Shown here: one piece after another, positions 13,583 to 27,700 of the stretch
Layout of the letters: the number at the start of each line of letters is the position of its first letter
How positions within the stretch are numbered: the stretch's first letter is position 1
DNA from: Mobula hypostoma
Lineage: Eukaryota
Length of the DNA: 64,000 nucleotides
Direction: 5' to 3'
Assembly (NCBI RefSeq): GCF_963921235.1
Contig: NC_086107.1
Location: 103,666,001-103,730,000, forward strand
Position numbers and translations under genes: made by a program
The notes under the pieces: model-generated
What the model saw: only the letters and a program-made list of their open reading frames with translations
The model's database searches: none
What the model was told of the DNA's origin: nothing

Positions 13583-14746
13583 TGTATCCGTATCCACCAC
13601 TTTCTGTATGATTTTCCATTCCTGAGCACCGATTCGTGATGAAACCAGTCAGGATACTCTCCACTGTGCATCTATAGAAGGTTGTGGTAGGAACCCTGGT
13701 GACCCACTGAGGATTTTCGAGTGTTATTTCAGATTTTTTTGTGTAGGTCGTCGTTTGCTTTGGTGGCCCCATTTGTATGTTTAGTCTCACCCAGGATGGA
13801 ATGGGGAAACCATTCTGCAATGGGGCCATCAATGGGGAAATAGAATTCAGGAGTCTCCAGCTGCCAGGCCTTGGTCTTCCAAATACTGGGCATCTAATCT
13901 CAGTCCGACGCAGTAAATGGTCTGGCACTTGGAACCTCACTGGGGCCGGCATCAAGGCTCCAGGGATGAGACATGGAGAGAAGTGTTGGGCTTTGTTAGA
14001 TTTCTAGACTAAGTACAAATCTAAATCTGAGGGACGCAGAACTGTTAGTATAAAGTAGGCTTGGTGCTGGTGTATATAGGTCTATCAATATATACGGTAC
14101 CTCTAGGCACTTATCTGTCACCATGTACCACCTTGTTTCAGTATTGGTGGGCACAGGTCTGTAACTGTGTACAACAGTGGTACAAAGATCAAATTTCAAA
14201 GTAAATTTATTATCTAAGTACATATATGTCACCATAGACTACCCTGGAATGTACTTTCTTGAAGGCATTTACAGGAAAAAATATGGCAGAAATGATGAAA
14301 AACTAGACCTAAAGAGACAAAGACAGATTTCTGTAGAAGTGTGTTTTAGGTGACATAGCAAATCTGAAGCTCACAATAAAATACAGCCACTATCTTGCCT
14401 TCTTTAAAGCTGCATTGATATATTGGCACCAGGTTACGTCCTCAGAGATATTGATGGCCAGGAACTTGAAACTGCTAACTCTCTCCACTGCTGACCCCTC
14501 TATGAGGACTGGTCTGTGTTGCCTCCTCTTAGCCCTTTCTGAAGTCCACAATCATTTCTTTGGTCTTACTGACGTTGAGTGCCAGGCTGTTGCTGTGACA
14601 CCACTCGTCACACTGGGGACAGATCTCCCAGTGCATCAGATATAAAGACAACAGTAAGTTTTGTTGGCACAGCCAGAACTGAACAAAAGTTTCTTTTTTT
14701 GTAAATTTAAGAAATAGACGTTACTTCATGATAGAAAAAGATATAC

Positions 14747-17122
14747 AACTAGAGAGCAGGCTATTCTAGACTGGGTATTGAGCAATGAGGAAGGGATAAT
14801 TAGCGATCTTGTCGTGAGAGGCCCCTTGGGTAAGAGTGACCATAATATGGTGGAATTCTTCACTAAGATGGAGAGTGACATAGTTAATTCAGAAACAAAG
14901 GTTCTGAACTTAAAGAAGGGTAACTTTGAAGGTATGAGTCATGAATTAGCTAAGATAGACTGGCAAATGACACTTAAAGGGTTGACAGTGGATATGCAGT
15001 GGCAAGCATTTAAAGATCGCATGGATGAACTACAACAATTGTTCATCCCAGTTTGGCAAAAGAGTAAATCAGGGAAGGTAGTGCACCCGTGGCTGACAAG
15101 GGAAATTAGGGATAGTATCAATTCCAAAGAAGAAGCATACAAATTAGCCAGAAAAAGTGGCTCACCTGAGGACTGGGAGAAATTCAGAGTTCAGCAGAGG
15201 AGGACAAAGGGCTTAATTAGGAAGGGGAAAAAAGATTATGAGAGAAAACTGGCAGGGAACATAAAAACTGACTGTAAAAGCTTTTATAGATATGTGAAAA
15301 GAAAAAGATTGGTTAAGACAAATGTAGGTCCCCTCCAGACAGAAACAGATGAATTGATTATGGGAACGCAAGGACATGGCAGACCAATTGAATAATTGCT
15401 TTGGTTCTGTCTTCACTAAGGGGGACGTAAATAATCTTCCGGAAATAGTAGGGGACAGAGGGTCCAGTGAGATGGAGGAACTGAGGGAAATACATGTTAG
15501 TAGGGAAGTGGTGTTAGGTAAATTGAAGGGATTAAAGGCAGATAAATCCCCAGGGCCAGATGGTCTGCATCCCAGAGTGCTTAAGGAAGTAGCCCAAGAA
15601 ATAGTGGATGCATTAGTGATAATTTTTCTAAACTCTTTAGATTCTGGACTAGTTCTTGAGGATTGGAGGGTGGATAATGTAACCCCACTTTTTAAAAAAG
15701 GAGGGAGAGAGAAACCAGGGAATTATAGACCGGTTAGCCTAACATCGGTGGTGGGGAAACTGCTAGAGTCAGTTATCAAAGATGTGATAACAGCACATTT
15801 GGAAAGCGGTGAAATCATCGGACAAAGTCAGCATGGATTTGTGAAAGGAAAATCATGTCTGACGAATCTCATAGAATTTTTTGAGGATGTAACTAGTAGA
15901 GTGGATAGGGGAGAACCAGTGGATGTGGTATATTTGGATTTTCAAAAGGCTTTTGACAAGGTCCCACACAGGAGAACAGTGTGTAAACTTAAAGCACACG
16001 GTATTGGGGGTAAGGTATTGATGTGGATAGAGAATTGGTTGGCAGACAGGAAGCAAAGAGTGGGAATAAACGGGACCTTTTCAGAATGGCAGGCAGTGAC
16101 TAGTGGGATACCGCAAGGCTCAGTGCTGGGACCTCAGTTGTTTAAAATATATATTAATGACTTGGATGAGGGAATTAAAAGCAGCATCTCCAAGTTTACG
16201 GATGACACGAAGCTGGGCGGCAGTGTTAGCTGTGAGGAGGATGCTAAGAGGATGCAGGGTGACTTGGATAGGTTAGGTGAGTGGGCAAATTCATGGCAGA
16301 TGCAATTTAATGTGGATAAATGTGAAGTTATCCACTTTGGTGGCAAAAACAGGAAAACAGATTATTATCTGAATGGTGGCCGATTAGGAAAAGGGGAGGT
16401 GCTACGAGACCTGGGTGTCATTATACACCAGTCATTGAAAGTGGGCATGCAGGTACAGCAGGCGGTGAAAAAGGCGAATGGTATGCTGGCATTTATAGCA
16501 AGAGGATTCGAGTACAGGAGCAGGGAGGTACTACTGCAGTTGTACAAGGCCTTGGTGAGACCACACCTGGAGTATTGTGTGCAGTTTTGGTCCCCTAATC
16601 TGAGGAAAGACATCCTTGCCATAGAAGGAGTACAAAGAAGGTTCACCAGATTGATTCCTGGGATGGCAGGACTTTCATATGATGAAAGACTGGATGAACT
16701 AGGCTTATACTCGTTGGAATTTAGAAGATTGAGGGGGGATCTGATTGAAACGTATAAAATCCTAAAGGGATTGGACAGGCTAGATGCAGGAAGATTGTTC
16801 CCGATGTTGGGGAAGTCCAGAACGAGGGGTCACAGTTTGAGGATAAAGGGGAAGCCTTTTAGGACCGAGATTAGGAAAAACTTCTTCACACAGAGAGTGG
16901 TGAATCTGTGGAATTCTGTGCCACAGGAAACAGTTGAGGCCAGTTCATTGGCTATATTTAAGGGAGTTAGATATGGCCCTTGTGGCTAAAGGGATCAGGG
17001 GGTATGGAAGGAAGGCTGGTACAGGGTTCTGAGTTGGATGATCAGCCATGATCATACTGAATGGCGGTGCAGGCTCGAAGGGCCGAATGGCCTACTCCTG
17101 CACCTATTTTCTATGTTTCTAT
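14747..17122 (+). mobile_element. 5'-truncated CR1 LINE, ORF2 with frameshifts (~15370 and near the C-terminus)
   Basis: ORFs 14778-15395 and 15376-16989: PLGKSDHN (EN), KSPGPDG, YLDFQKAFDKVPH, GIPQGSVLGP, FTDD (RT); tail ttctatgtttctat. Confidence 0.95.
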
Positions 17123-17197
17123 ATTAACAGAAAGAAATAGTGCAAAAAAAAACCTTTACATTCATGGACACCACAATATGTAGCGTAAACTTTAGAG

Positions 17198-17277
17198 CAG
17201 AGGTTCCCAACCTTTTATATCCCATGGACCCATACCATTAACTGAGGGGTCCGTGGACCACAGGTTGGGAACCCCTG
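17198..17277. mobile_element. 80-bp hAT-type MITE
   Basis: TIRs cagaggttcccaacc / ggttgggaacccctg; 8-bp TSD ctttagag / ctttagac. Confidence 0.85.
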
Positions 17278-17957
17278 CTTTAGACTTTTAGATTTAGAGA
17301 GAAACAAAACATAAATGAACATAATATAGACACTAGAAAATCTGCAGATGCTGGAAATCCAAAGCAAGACACACAAAATGCTGGAGGAGCTCAGCAGGTC
17401 AGGCGGCGTCTATGGAGGGGAATAGATTGGGCCGACACCCTTCTTCAGGACTCTGAAGATGGCATCCTGCCAAGACGTGGCCCCTGAGATGATACCCCTT
17501 TCATTGATCAAAAGGCTTCCCCACCCAACTTTGCCCCGCCATGTGTGCCGATGGAAGGAGCCGAGAGGAACCTATGGCGCACATGATCAAATCGAGATGG
17601 CGTATGCAAATAGTTTTGTAGGCTTGTGGCGCATATGCTTCCCCTCGATCCTTTAAACCCCATCCATAGTAAAAAGGTGCAAAATGATCATTATCATTAC
17701 TGCCAAATGAAACAGCGAGTGATTTTTTTACAAACCCTTATGCCATCTAGCAAGACAGTTGCATAATATGTTTAGGAATCCTTGAAGATTTGATGTTCGC
17801 ATCAATATTGTACACATCAATATTTTAACTGTTTACTAGTTGGAAATGATGTTATTTTTCAATTGTCTTTTTAAAAGATTAATATTGATATTTGTTGTAC
17901 AGGTTTTCTAAAATGCTTCTCTGATTTCAATCTGACTTTGTTACATTTCAATTAATG

Positions 17958-18262
17958 TTAAGGCATCCGTTAGTCTTGCGAGACCATGGATCTGCGCCTG
18001 GAAAGTCACTCCCCAGGGCGCAGGCCTGGGCAAGGTTGTACGGAAAACCGGCAGTTGCCCATGCTGCAAGTCTCCCCTCTCCATGCCACCGATGTTGTCC
18101 GAGGGAAGGGCACTAGGACCCATACAGCTTGGCAACGGTATCGTCGCAAAGCAATGTGTGGTTAAGTGCCTTGCTCAAGGACGCAACACGCTGCCCTGGC
18201 TGGGGCTCAGACTCACAACCTTCAGGTCACTAGTCGAATGCCTTAACCACTTGGCCACATGT
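17958..18262 (-). mobile_element. tRNA-derived SINE; further copies at ~21452-21730 (+), 31018-31230 (+), 42098-42405 (-)
   Basis: 5' gtggccaagtggttaaggc A-box and ggttcgagcc-like B-box; highly similar body in the copies. Confidence 0.8.
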
Positions 18263-18829
18263 CTACACTATTAATTTCAATTAATAGTTAAACAATAAAT
18301 ACACATAACTAAGCAACAGGAGTTGTCCTTTTCCCTTAAAAAATCCATAATCAAACAATGATCATCTTCGCTCAAAACTACCATGGCACCCCAGACAATC
18401 TTTTACAAGGCTATGGCCCATTTGGGCACACGCTCTCAAAGGGGTTAGCCACCCCTGGCCTAGACTGTGATCCTTCCCACAGAGCCTTAGCACCAGGTCT
18501 CAATGGGTCCCTCAGCATGTTCTCCCCAAGTTGGGACTCTGAGAGGTGGAAGCATTCCTTTACCAGCATCTCGCTGTGCTGGAAGACCAACGGGCTTCGG
18601 GCAGACCACAGATCACCGAGGTGACCCTCCAGCTGCGTGCCATGGCTGTCTTGCCACAACCCCAGGAACAGTCCGTGGACCAGAGGCTCCTCTGATACAC
18701 AGCTGCTCAGGGTAAGCCGAGCACGGGCACCCTTGCATCTGTCTTAGCAGACAAGGCCCAACATTACTGCAATCTCTTTCCAAAACAACAGGCCCACTCA
18801 GGGAGCTAAAACACATCATGTGTCAGCTT

Positions 18830-19512
18830 CCTGTAAGTGTAACCTCCCGATGTGGCCTCCCGCACATCAGTGAGACCTGACGTAGGATGGGAGACCGCTT
18901 CGCCGAGCACCTACGCTCCAACTGCCAGAAAAAGCGAGATTTCTCGGTGGCTTCCCATTTCGATCCAACTCCCCATTCCCATTCCAACATGTCAATGGCC
19001 TCGTCTACTGCTACAAAAAGGCCACTCTCTGGTTGGAGGAGCAACACCTCATATTCCATCTGGATAACCTCCAAACTGATGGCATTCACACTAATTTCTC
19101 AAACTTTCAGTAATTGCCCCTCTCCCCTTCACCATTCCACATTCCCATTTTCCTTCTCTCACTTTATCTCCTTACCTGACCATCACCTCCCTTTTGGTGC
19201 TCCTCCCCCTTCCCTTTCTTCCACTGTCTTTCATCCTCTCCTATCAGATTCCCCCTTCTCCAGCCCTTTATCTCTTTTTCCAATCACCCCTCCCCCTCTC
19301 CCAGTTTCACCTAACACCTACCACCTTGTACATCTTCCTCTCTTCCCCCTACCTTCTTACTCTGAATTCTCATCTTTTTTTTCCAGTCCTGATAAGGGGA
19401 CTCAGCCCGAAACATCAGTTAACTCATCTCCACAGACGCTGCCTGACCTGCTGAGCTCCTCCAGCATTTTACGTGTGTTGCTCCGGTCTGCCAGCACCTA
19501 CAGATTTTCTCT
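18830..19512 (+). mobile_element. Penelope-like element fragment (GIY-YIG C-terminus and pLTR)
   Basis: GDRFAEHLRS...VASHF...HSHS motif; degenerate hammerhead at ~19384. Confidence 0.8.
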
Positions 19513-19722
19513 TGTGTGTTTCAGCTTCAGTGTGGATGTGAGAAGATCAGATAGCAAGCGTTCCGATGAAAAGAGGAAGGGATTTGAAATAAAAAGCAGG
19601 ATCAGGGTAGCAGCAAGGACAGGAAGAGGAGATTGAATCTCTGTCTGACTGGGGTAAGAGATGAGCAAATCCTTCCTTGCAGACAAGTCATCCGAGGCTC
19701 CTTTCCCAATGATAGCCAAGAT

Positions 19723-19938
19723 CATCATCATCATCAGGTGCCGTGCCCAGTTTGAGCTTTGACTGCCATGGCCCACACACTCCATTTTCCGGTCAAGTGG
19801 ATCAATTCATTGGTATTCATTTCCAGTTCTCTGGCTGCTGTCTCCATCATCATTTGTCTTTGTCTTCCTCTTGCTTTCTTCCCTTCAATCTTTCCCATAA
19901 TTACCGTGCATTCTAACTCCTCTTTCCTAATCACATTT
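19723..19938 (-). mobile_element. RTE LINE 3' end with target-site duplication
   Basis: GKIEGKKARGRQR motif; (TGA)n tail; flanking ccaatgatagccaagat / ccaatgatagctaggat. Confidence 0.85.
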
Positions 19939-20589
19939 CCAATGATAGCTAGGATAGGTTACTTATAATCCGGGTGATGCATGTGGTGACCTGCTTACCT
20001 GCCTGTGAATCCAACTCTGTTCTACACTGAGCTGTAACATGAGAGTATCAGGCTCTCGTGTTGTTGGAGTTTGATCCCAGTGGTCTGGTGGTTAAGGGAA
20101 TCACTCACCTGTAGTTCCATTCGGTGTGAGTTGGAGACACAGGGACTGCAGATGCTGGAATCGGGAGTGAAAAAACAAAGCAAGCTGCTGGAGGAGCTCA
20201 GCATTTCAGGCCGCATCTCTGAGGGGAAATGGACAGATGTTTTGGGTCGAGAATATTCACAATGACCGCATCCATAAGACATGGGAGCATAATTAGGCCA
20301 CTCAGCCCATCGAGTCTGCTCCACCATTCCATCATGGCTGATCCCAGATCCCACTCAACCCCATACACCTGCCTTCTCACCATATCTTCGTCTACTCTCC
20401 TTTAACCTATCTATATCCCCCTGTAACCTCCTTATGTCCTCCTCAGAACTTACTTCTTTCCTCTCCTATACTCTCTCCCCATCCGATATCCATAAACTCC
20501 TCTCATGGGCATGCTGTCTTCACAAACTCTGTCCTCACTTTGAGAGAGCTATATCCTGTAAACCCTAGTGCAGGTTTAATGTAGGGTCT

Positions 20590-21170
20590 TCGGCATCCTG
20601 CAATGACCCGTCGTAAATTGGGGGTCCGCTTCGTCAAGCACCTCTGCACCATTCGCCACAAGTGGGACTTCCCGGTGGCCAAGCATTTTAATTCCCATTC
20701 CCATTCCCGTTCTGACGTGTCGATCCATGGTCTCCTCTTGTGCCACGATGAGGCCACCCTCGGTGGAGAGGCAACACCTTATATTCTGTCTGGGTACCCT
20801 CCAACCTGACTTTCTTCTTCTGGTAAACAAAATTCCCTCCCCCATCCTCTATTCCCCACTCTTACTTCTTCTCACCTGCCTATAACTTACCCCTGGATCT
20901 CCTCCTCCTTCCCATTCTCCTATGGTCCACTCTCCTCTCCTATCAGATTCCTTCTTCTCCAGCCCTTGACCTTTCTCACCCACCTGGCTTCACCAATCAC
21001 CTTCCAGCTAGCCTCCTTGCCCTCCACCTACCTTTTAATTCAAGCATCTCCACCCCCACCCCCTTCCTGCTCAGTCCTGATGAAGATTCTTGGTCCAAAA
21101 CGTTGACTGTTCACTCTTTTCCATAGATGCTGCCTGACCTGTTGAGTTCCCCCAGCATTTTGTGTGTGTC
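20590..21170 (+). mobile_element. Penelope-like element fragment
   Basis: TRRKLGVRFVKHL...PVAKHFNSHSHS; hammerhead-like cagtcctgatga...aaacgttgactg at ~21072. Confidence 0.8.
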
Positions 21171-21377
21171 ACCTGTTATGTCCTGCCCTGGTTTAACTTC
21201 CTAAAATGCTTCACTTTGCACTTGTCTGAGTTAAATCCCATCTGCCAATTGTTTGCCACTCCCCCAGGCGATCGCGATCCTGCTGAAACCTTCACTCGCC
21301 ACCACACCGTCTATGTTGATGTCATGTGTAAGCTTGGCAATTGTGTCACAAACATTCTCACCCAAATCATCAATATA

Positions 21378-23755
21378 CACTCAGTGGCCACTTTATTAGG
21401 TACAGCTGTACACCTGCTCAATAATGCAGATACCTAATCAGTCATGGTGTTGGCGCGTGGCCAAGTGGTTAAGGCATTCATCTAGTGATCTGAAGGTCGC
21501 TATGAGGCAGCGTGTTGTGTCCTTGAGCAAAGTACTTAACCTCACATTGACTCCGGTGCCAAGCTGTATGGGTCCTAATGCCCTTCCCTTGGACAACATC
21601 GGTAGCGTGGAGAGGGGAGACTTGCAGCATGGGCAACTGCCAGTCTTCCATACAACCTTGCCCAGGCCTGCACCCTGGAAACCTTCCAAGGCGCAAATCC
21701 ATGGTCTCATGAGACTAACGGATGCCTATATAATCAATCATGCGGCAGCAACGCACTGCATAAAAGCATGCAGACATGGTCAAGAGGTTCAGTTGTTGTT
21801 CAGACCAAACATCAGAATGGGGGAGAAAATGCAATTTAACTGACTTTGACCATAGAATGATCATTGATGCCAGACAGGGTGGTTTGAGTATCTCAGAAAC
21901 TGTTGATCTCCTGAGGAAACGCTCACAAAATGCCAGAGGAACTCAGCAGGTCAGGCAGCATCTATGGAAATGAATGAACAGTGGACGTTTTGTGCTGAGG
22001 TCTTTCTTCACGACTGGAAAGGAAGGGGAAAGGCGCCAGAATAAAAAGGTGGGGGGGTCGGGAGGGGGACCAGCTAGAAGGTGACGTGAATCTAGGTGGA
22101 TGGGAAAAGTAGGAGGAGGAGGAATTTGATTGGAGAGGAGAGTGGACCATGGGAGATGGAGCAGCTCAGGAAGGCGATAGGCAGGGGAGGAGAAGAGGTA
22201 AGAGACCAGAGAGGGGAATAGAAGAAGAGAGGAGGGTGAAGGGAAAGAGTTACCAGGAGGAGAAATCTTTGTTGATGTCATCAGGTTGGAGGCTACCCAG
22301 ATGGAATGTGAGGTGTTGGTCCCTGAGAGTGGCCTCATTGAGGCAGAAGAGGAGGCCATGGGCTGATGGGAATGGGAATAGGAATTTAAATGGTTGTCCT
22401 CCGGGAAATTCTGCTTTTGGCGGATGGAGCGGAGGTGCTCGACAAAGCGGTCCCCCGATTTACGTTGGGTCTGACCAATATAGATGAAGCTACATCAGGA
22501 GCTTCGGACACAATAGATTTGCAGGTGAAGTGTTGCCTCACCTGGAAGGACTTTTAGGCCATGAATGGAGGTGAGGGAGGAGGTAAACGGGCAAGAGTAG
22601 CACATCTGTCACTTGTAGGGTTAAGTGCCAGGAAGGAGATTAGTCGGGAGGGGTGAATGGTCAAGGAAATCACAGAATCATGGAGGCAGTGATCCCTGTG
22701 GAAAGCGGACAGTGAGGGGGGAGGGGGAGGTAAAGGTGTGGTTCTTGGCGGAGGTTGCGGACAATGATGTGTTAGATGTGGAGGCTCATTGGGTAGTAGG
22801 TGAGGACAAGAGGAACTCTATCCCTGTTAATTCAGCAGGCAGATAGGATAAGCGCAGATATCCAGGAAATGGAGGAGGTGCGGGTGAGGGCAGCATGAAT
22901 AACGGAGGAAGGAAAACCCCATTTTTTGAAGGAGGACATCTCTGACATCCTGGGAAGGAAAACCTCATCCTGGGAACAGATACGATGGAGGTGAAGGAAC
23001 TGAGAAAAGGGAATAGCTTCTTTACAGGAGACAGGCTGGGAAGAGCTGTAGTCAAGACAACTGTGGAAATCAGCAGGTTTATAAAAGATGTTGGTTGACA
23101 GTTTGTCTCCAGAGATGGAGACAGAGTGATCGAGAAAGGGGAGGGAGGTATCAGAAATGGACCAATTGAATTTAAGAGTAGGGCGGAAGCTGGAGGCAAA
23201 GTTGATTAAATTGACGGGCCCATTTTGGGTGCATTAAACAGCACCAATGTAGTCGTTAATGTAGTGCAGGAAGAGTTGGAGGGCGTTACCAGTAAAGACT
23301 TGGAACATGGATTGTTCTACGTAGCCAACAAAAAAGCAGGCATAGCTGGGGCCCATGGCTACACCTTCATCTGGAGAAAGTGGGAGGGGCTGAAGGAGAA
23401 ATTGTTGAGTGTGAGGGTGAAATTGTTGATCTCCTGTGGTTTTCACACTCAACAGTCTCTAGAGTTTACAGAGAATGGTGCGAAAAACAAAAGAAGCACC
23501 CAGCGAGTAGCAGTTCTGTGGGCAAAAATGCCTTGTTAATGGGAGAGGTCAGAGGAGAACGGCCGGACTGGTTCAAGCTGACAGGAAGGTGACAGGAACT
23601 CAAATAACCACACGTTACAACAGTGGTGTGCAGAAGATCATCTCTGAATGCTCAACGTGTCGAAGGTTGAAGTAGATGGGCTACAGCAGCAGAAGACCAT
23701 GATCATACATTCAGTGGCAACTTTATTAGATACCTATTAAAGTGGCCACTGAGTT
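21378..23755 (+). mobile_element. Internally deleted Tc1-like DNA transposon carrying nested SINE and Penelope insertions
   Basis: TA then TIR cactcagtggccactttattagg; matching right TIR; HTH remnants (LSISET.DLL, VSRVYREWCEKQK); no DDE region seen. Confidence 0.8.
21920..23415 (-). mobile_element. Penelope-like element, degenerate RT and GIY-YIG region
   Basis: GVAMGPSYACFFVGYVEQSMF...LHYINDYIGA (RT remnant); continues to the pLTR. Confidence 0.8.
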
Positions 23756-24737
23756 TTTGTGACAAGCAAGAGAGGATCTGGGACTGATATCTTCAACACA
23801 CCACTGGTCTCAACCACTCCACTACCACACTCTGGCCTCTACCTAGACAACTTCGTATCTAATTAGCCAGCTCACTTGGATCTCATGTGATCTAACCTTC
23901 TGAACCAGCCCACTATCTGGGCTGCGGGGATTCGGTGGGAGATGGTTGTACGGTTTCACAGTTCATTTTCTAGATAGACAATAGGTCTTTTGTTAGAACG
24001 GGATCCTTTCTAAGCCAATTCACTCCTTTTTTGTGGAATGGGCTTCTTTCTGGGTCTGATGCCTTGCTAGACCATAAGACTGTAAGACACAGGAGCAAAA
24101 TCGGACATCTGGCCCATTGAGTCTGCTCTGCCATTCCATCATGGCTGATTTATTTTCCCTCTCAACCGCATTCTCCTGCCTTCTCCCCATAATTTGACAT
24201 CCTTATAATCAAGAACCTATCAACTTCCGCTTTATATATACCCAATGATGCAGCCTCCACGGCCGTCTGTGGCAATGAATTCCAGAGATTCACCACCCTC
24301 TGGATGAAGCCTCTCTCTGTTCCATAGGATCTTCACCCTCTTGCTGTGACGCTGTGTTCCAAGACACTGGAATTAATAAAAATACCAGACTGAGTAATCA
24401 GACCACACAGGAGAAAACCAAATAATATCTTGCACTGGGATTTCTGAGAGTAAATGTGTTTTGGATAATGTTGGCAGATTTCTATCTGACCTCAAGAGGA
24501 TGTCGAAGAATTAATGTCAACTCTCAACGGGAAATTAGACATTTCTTCAGGTTTTCCCAGATGAGATTTGATTCCAGAGTTGATGTAATAGTCTGCAGAG
24601 TGGACAGTTTAAAAGTCTGACATGGCTGAACTGCATGGTGTAAAATGGTGGAGGCTGTAAATGCTCCTTGCATGACTCCTCAAGGCAGAGGGGGAGGAGG
24701 GCATCTGGAATCTGAGACAGTGGGAAGGAGCTCCGTC

Positions 24738-27700
24738 TAGAGACGGAGACAGAGACAGTGAACAGGAACCTCATCTGGAGACGAAGACAGTGGACAGGAG
24801 ACCTGTCTGGAGACAAAGACAGTGGACAGAAGACCTGTCTGGAGATGGAGATGGTGGTCAGGACCCTGTCTGGAGACGGAGACAGTAGACAGGAGACCTG
24901 TCTGGAGATGGAGACAGTAGACAGGAGACCTGTCTGGAGACAAAGACAGTAGACAGGAGACCTGTCTGGAGACAAAGACAGTGGACAGGAGACCTGTCTG
25001 GAGACGAAGACAATGGACAGGAGACCTGTCTGGAGACAAAGACAGTGGACAGGAGACCTGTCTGGAGACAAAGGCAGTGGAGAAGAGCTCCATATGGAGA
25101 TGGAGATGGTGGACAGGAGCACCGTCTTGAGACTGAGACAGTGGACAGGAGACCTGTCTGGAGACGGAGACAGTAGACAGGAGACCTGTCTGGAGACAGA
25201 GACAGTAGACAGGAGACCTGTCTGGAGACAAAGTCAGTAGACAGGAGACCTGTCTGGAGACAAAGACAGTAGACAGGAGACCTGTCTGGAGACAAAGACA
25301 GTGGACAGGAGACCTGTCTGGAAATGGAGACAGTAGACAGGAGACCTGTCTGGAGACAAAGACAGTAGACAGGAGACCTGTCTGGAGACAAAGACAGTGG
25401 ACAGGAGACCTGTCTGGAGATGAAGACAGTGGACAGGAGACCTGTCTGGAGATGAAGGCAGTGGAGAAGAGCTCCATATGGAGATGGAGATGGTGGACAG
25501 GAGCCCCGTCTTGAGACTGAGACAGTGAGCAGGATTCCTGTCTGTAGATGGAGACTGTGGTCAGGAGCCCCGTCTGGAGATGGGGTCTGTGGACAGAATT
25601 CCCTGCTGGAGACTAAGACGGTAGATAGGAGACCTGTCTGGAGACAAAGACAGTGGACAGGAGACCTGTCTGGAGATGAAGACAGTGGAGAAGAGCTCCA
25701 TATGGAGACTGAGACAGTGGACAGGAGACCTGTCTGTAGACGGAGACAGTAGACAGGAGACCTGTCTGGAGACAGAGACAGTAGACAGGGGACCTGTCTG
25801 GAGACAAAGTCAGTGGACAGGAGACCTGTCTGGAGATGGAGACAGTAGACAGGAGACCTGTCTGGAGACAAAGACAGTAGACAGGAGACCTGTCTGGAGA
25901 CAAAGACAGTGGACAGGAGACCTGTCTGGAGATGGAGACTGTGGTCAGGAGCCCCATCTGGAGATGGGGTCTGTGGACAGAATTCCCTGCTGGAGACTAA
26001 GACGGTAGATAGGAGACCTGTCTGGAGACAAAGACAGTGGACAGGAGACCTGTCTGGAGATGAAGACAGTGGAGAAGAGCTCCATATGGAGACTGAGACA
26101 GTGGACAGGAGACCTGTCTGTAGACGGAGACAGTAGACAGGAGACCTGTCTGGAGACAGAGACAGTAGACAGGGGACCTGTCTGGAGACAAAGTCAGTGG
26201 ACAGGAGACCTGTCTGGAGATGGAGACAGTAGACAGGAGACCTGTCTGGAGACAAAGACAGTAGACAGGAGACCTGTCTGGAGACAAAGACAGTGGACAG
26301 GAGACCTGTCTGGAGATGGAGACTGTGGTCAGGAGCCCCATCTGGAGATGGGGTCTGTGGACAGAATTCCCTGCTGGAGACTAAGACGGTAGATAGGAGA
26401 CCTGTCTGGAGACAAAGACAGTGGACAGGAGACCTGTCTGGAGATGAAGACAGTGGAGAAGAGCTCCATATGGAGACTGAGACAGTGGACAGGAGACCTG
26501 TCTGTAGACGGAGACAGTAGACAGGAGACCTGTCTGGAGACAGAGACAGTAGACAGGGGACCTGTCTGGAGACAAAGTCAGTGGACAGGAGACCTGTCTG
26601 GAGATGAAGACAGTGGACAGGAGACCTGTCTGGAGATGAAGGCAGTGGAGAATAGCTCCATATGGAGATGGAGATGGTGGACAGGAGCCCCGTCTTGAGA
26701 CTGAGACAGTGAGCAGGATTCCTGTCTGTAGATGGAGACTGTGGTCAGGAGCCCCATCTGGAGATGGGGTCTGTGGACAGAATTCCCTGCTGGAGACTAA
26801 GACGGTAGATAGGAGACCTGTCTGGAGACAAAGACAGTGGACAGGAGACCTGTCTGGAGATGAAGACAGTGGAGAAGAGCTCCATATGGAGACTGAGACA
26901 GTGGACAGGAGACCTGTCTGTAGACGGAGACAGTAGACAGGAGACCTGTCTGGAGACAGAGACAGTAGACAGGGGACCTGTCTGGAGACAAAGTCAGTGG
27001 ACAGGAGACCTGTCTGGAGATGGAGACAGTAGACAGGAGACCTGTCTGGAGACAAAGACAGTAGACAGGAGACCTGTCTGGAGACAAAGACAGTGGACAG
27101 GAGACCTGTCTGGAGATGGAGACAGTAGACAGGAGACCTGTCTGGAGACAAAGACAGTAGACAGGAGACCTGTCTGGAGACAAAGACAGTGGACAGGAGA
27201 CCTGTCTGGAGATGAAGACAGTGGACAGGAGACCTGTCTGGAGATGAAGGCAGTGGAGAATAGCTCCATATGGAGATGGAGATGGTGGACAGGAGCCCCG
27301 TCTTGAGACTGAGACAGTGAGCAGGATTCCTGTCTGTAGATGGAGACTGTGGTCAGGAGCCCCATCTGGAGATGGGGTCTGTGGACAGAATTCCCTGCTG
27401 GAGACTAAGACGGTAGATAGGAGACCTGTCTGGAGACAAAGACAGTGGACAGGAGACCTGTCTGGAGATGAAGACAGTGGAGAAGAGCTCCATATGGAGA
27501 CTGAGACAGTGGACAGGAGACCTGTCTGTAGACGGAGACAGTAGACAGGAGACCTGTCTGGAGACAGAGACAGTAGACAGGGGACCTGTCTGGAGACAAA
27601 GTCAGTGGACAGGAGACCTGTCTGGAGATGGAGACAGTAGACAGGAGACCTGTCTGGAGACAAAGACAGTAGACAGGAGACCTGTCTGGAGACAAAGACA

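Noticed and set aside
12930..13955. 341-aa host gene
   Set aside because: Chimera of two Rex1 fragments plus flanking sequence.
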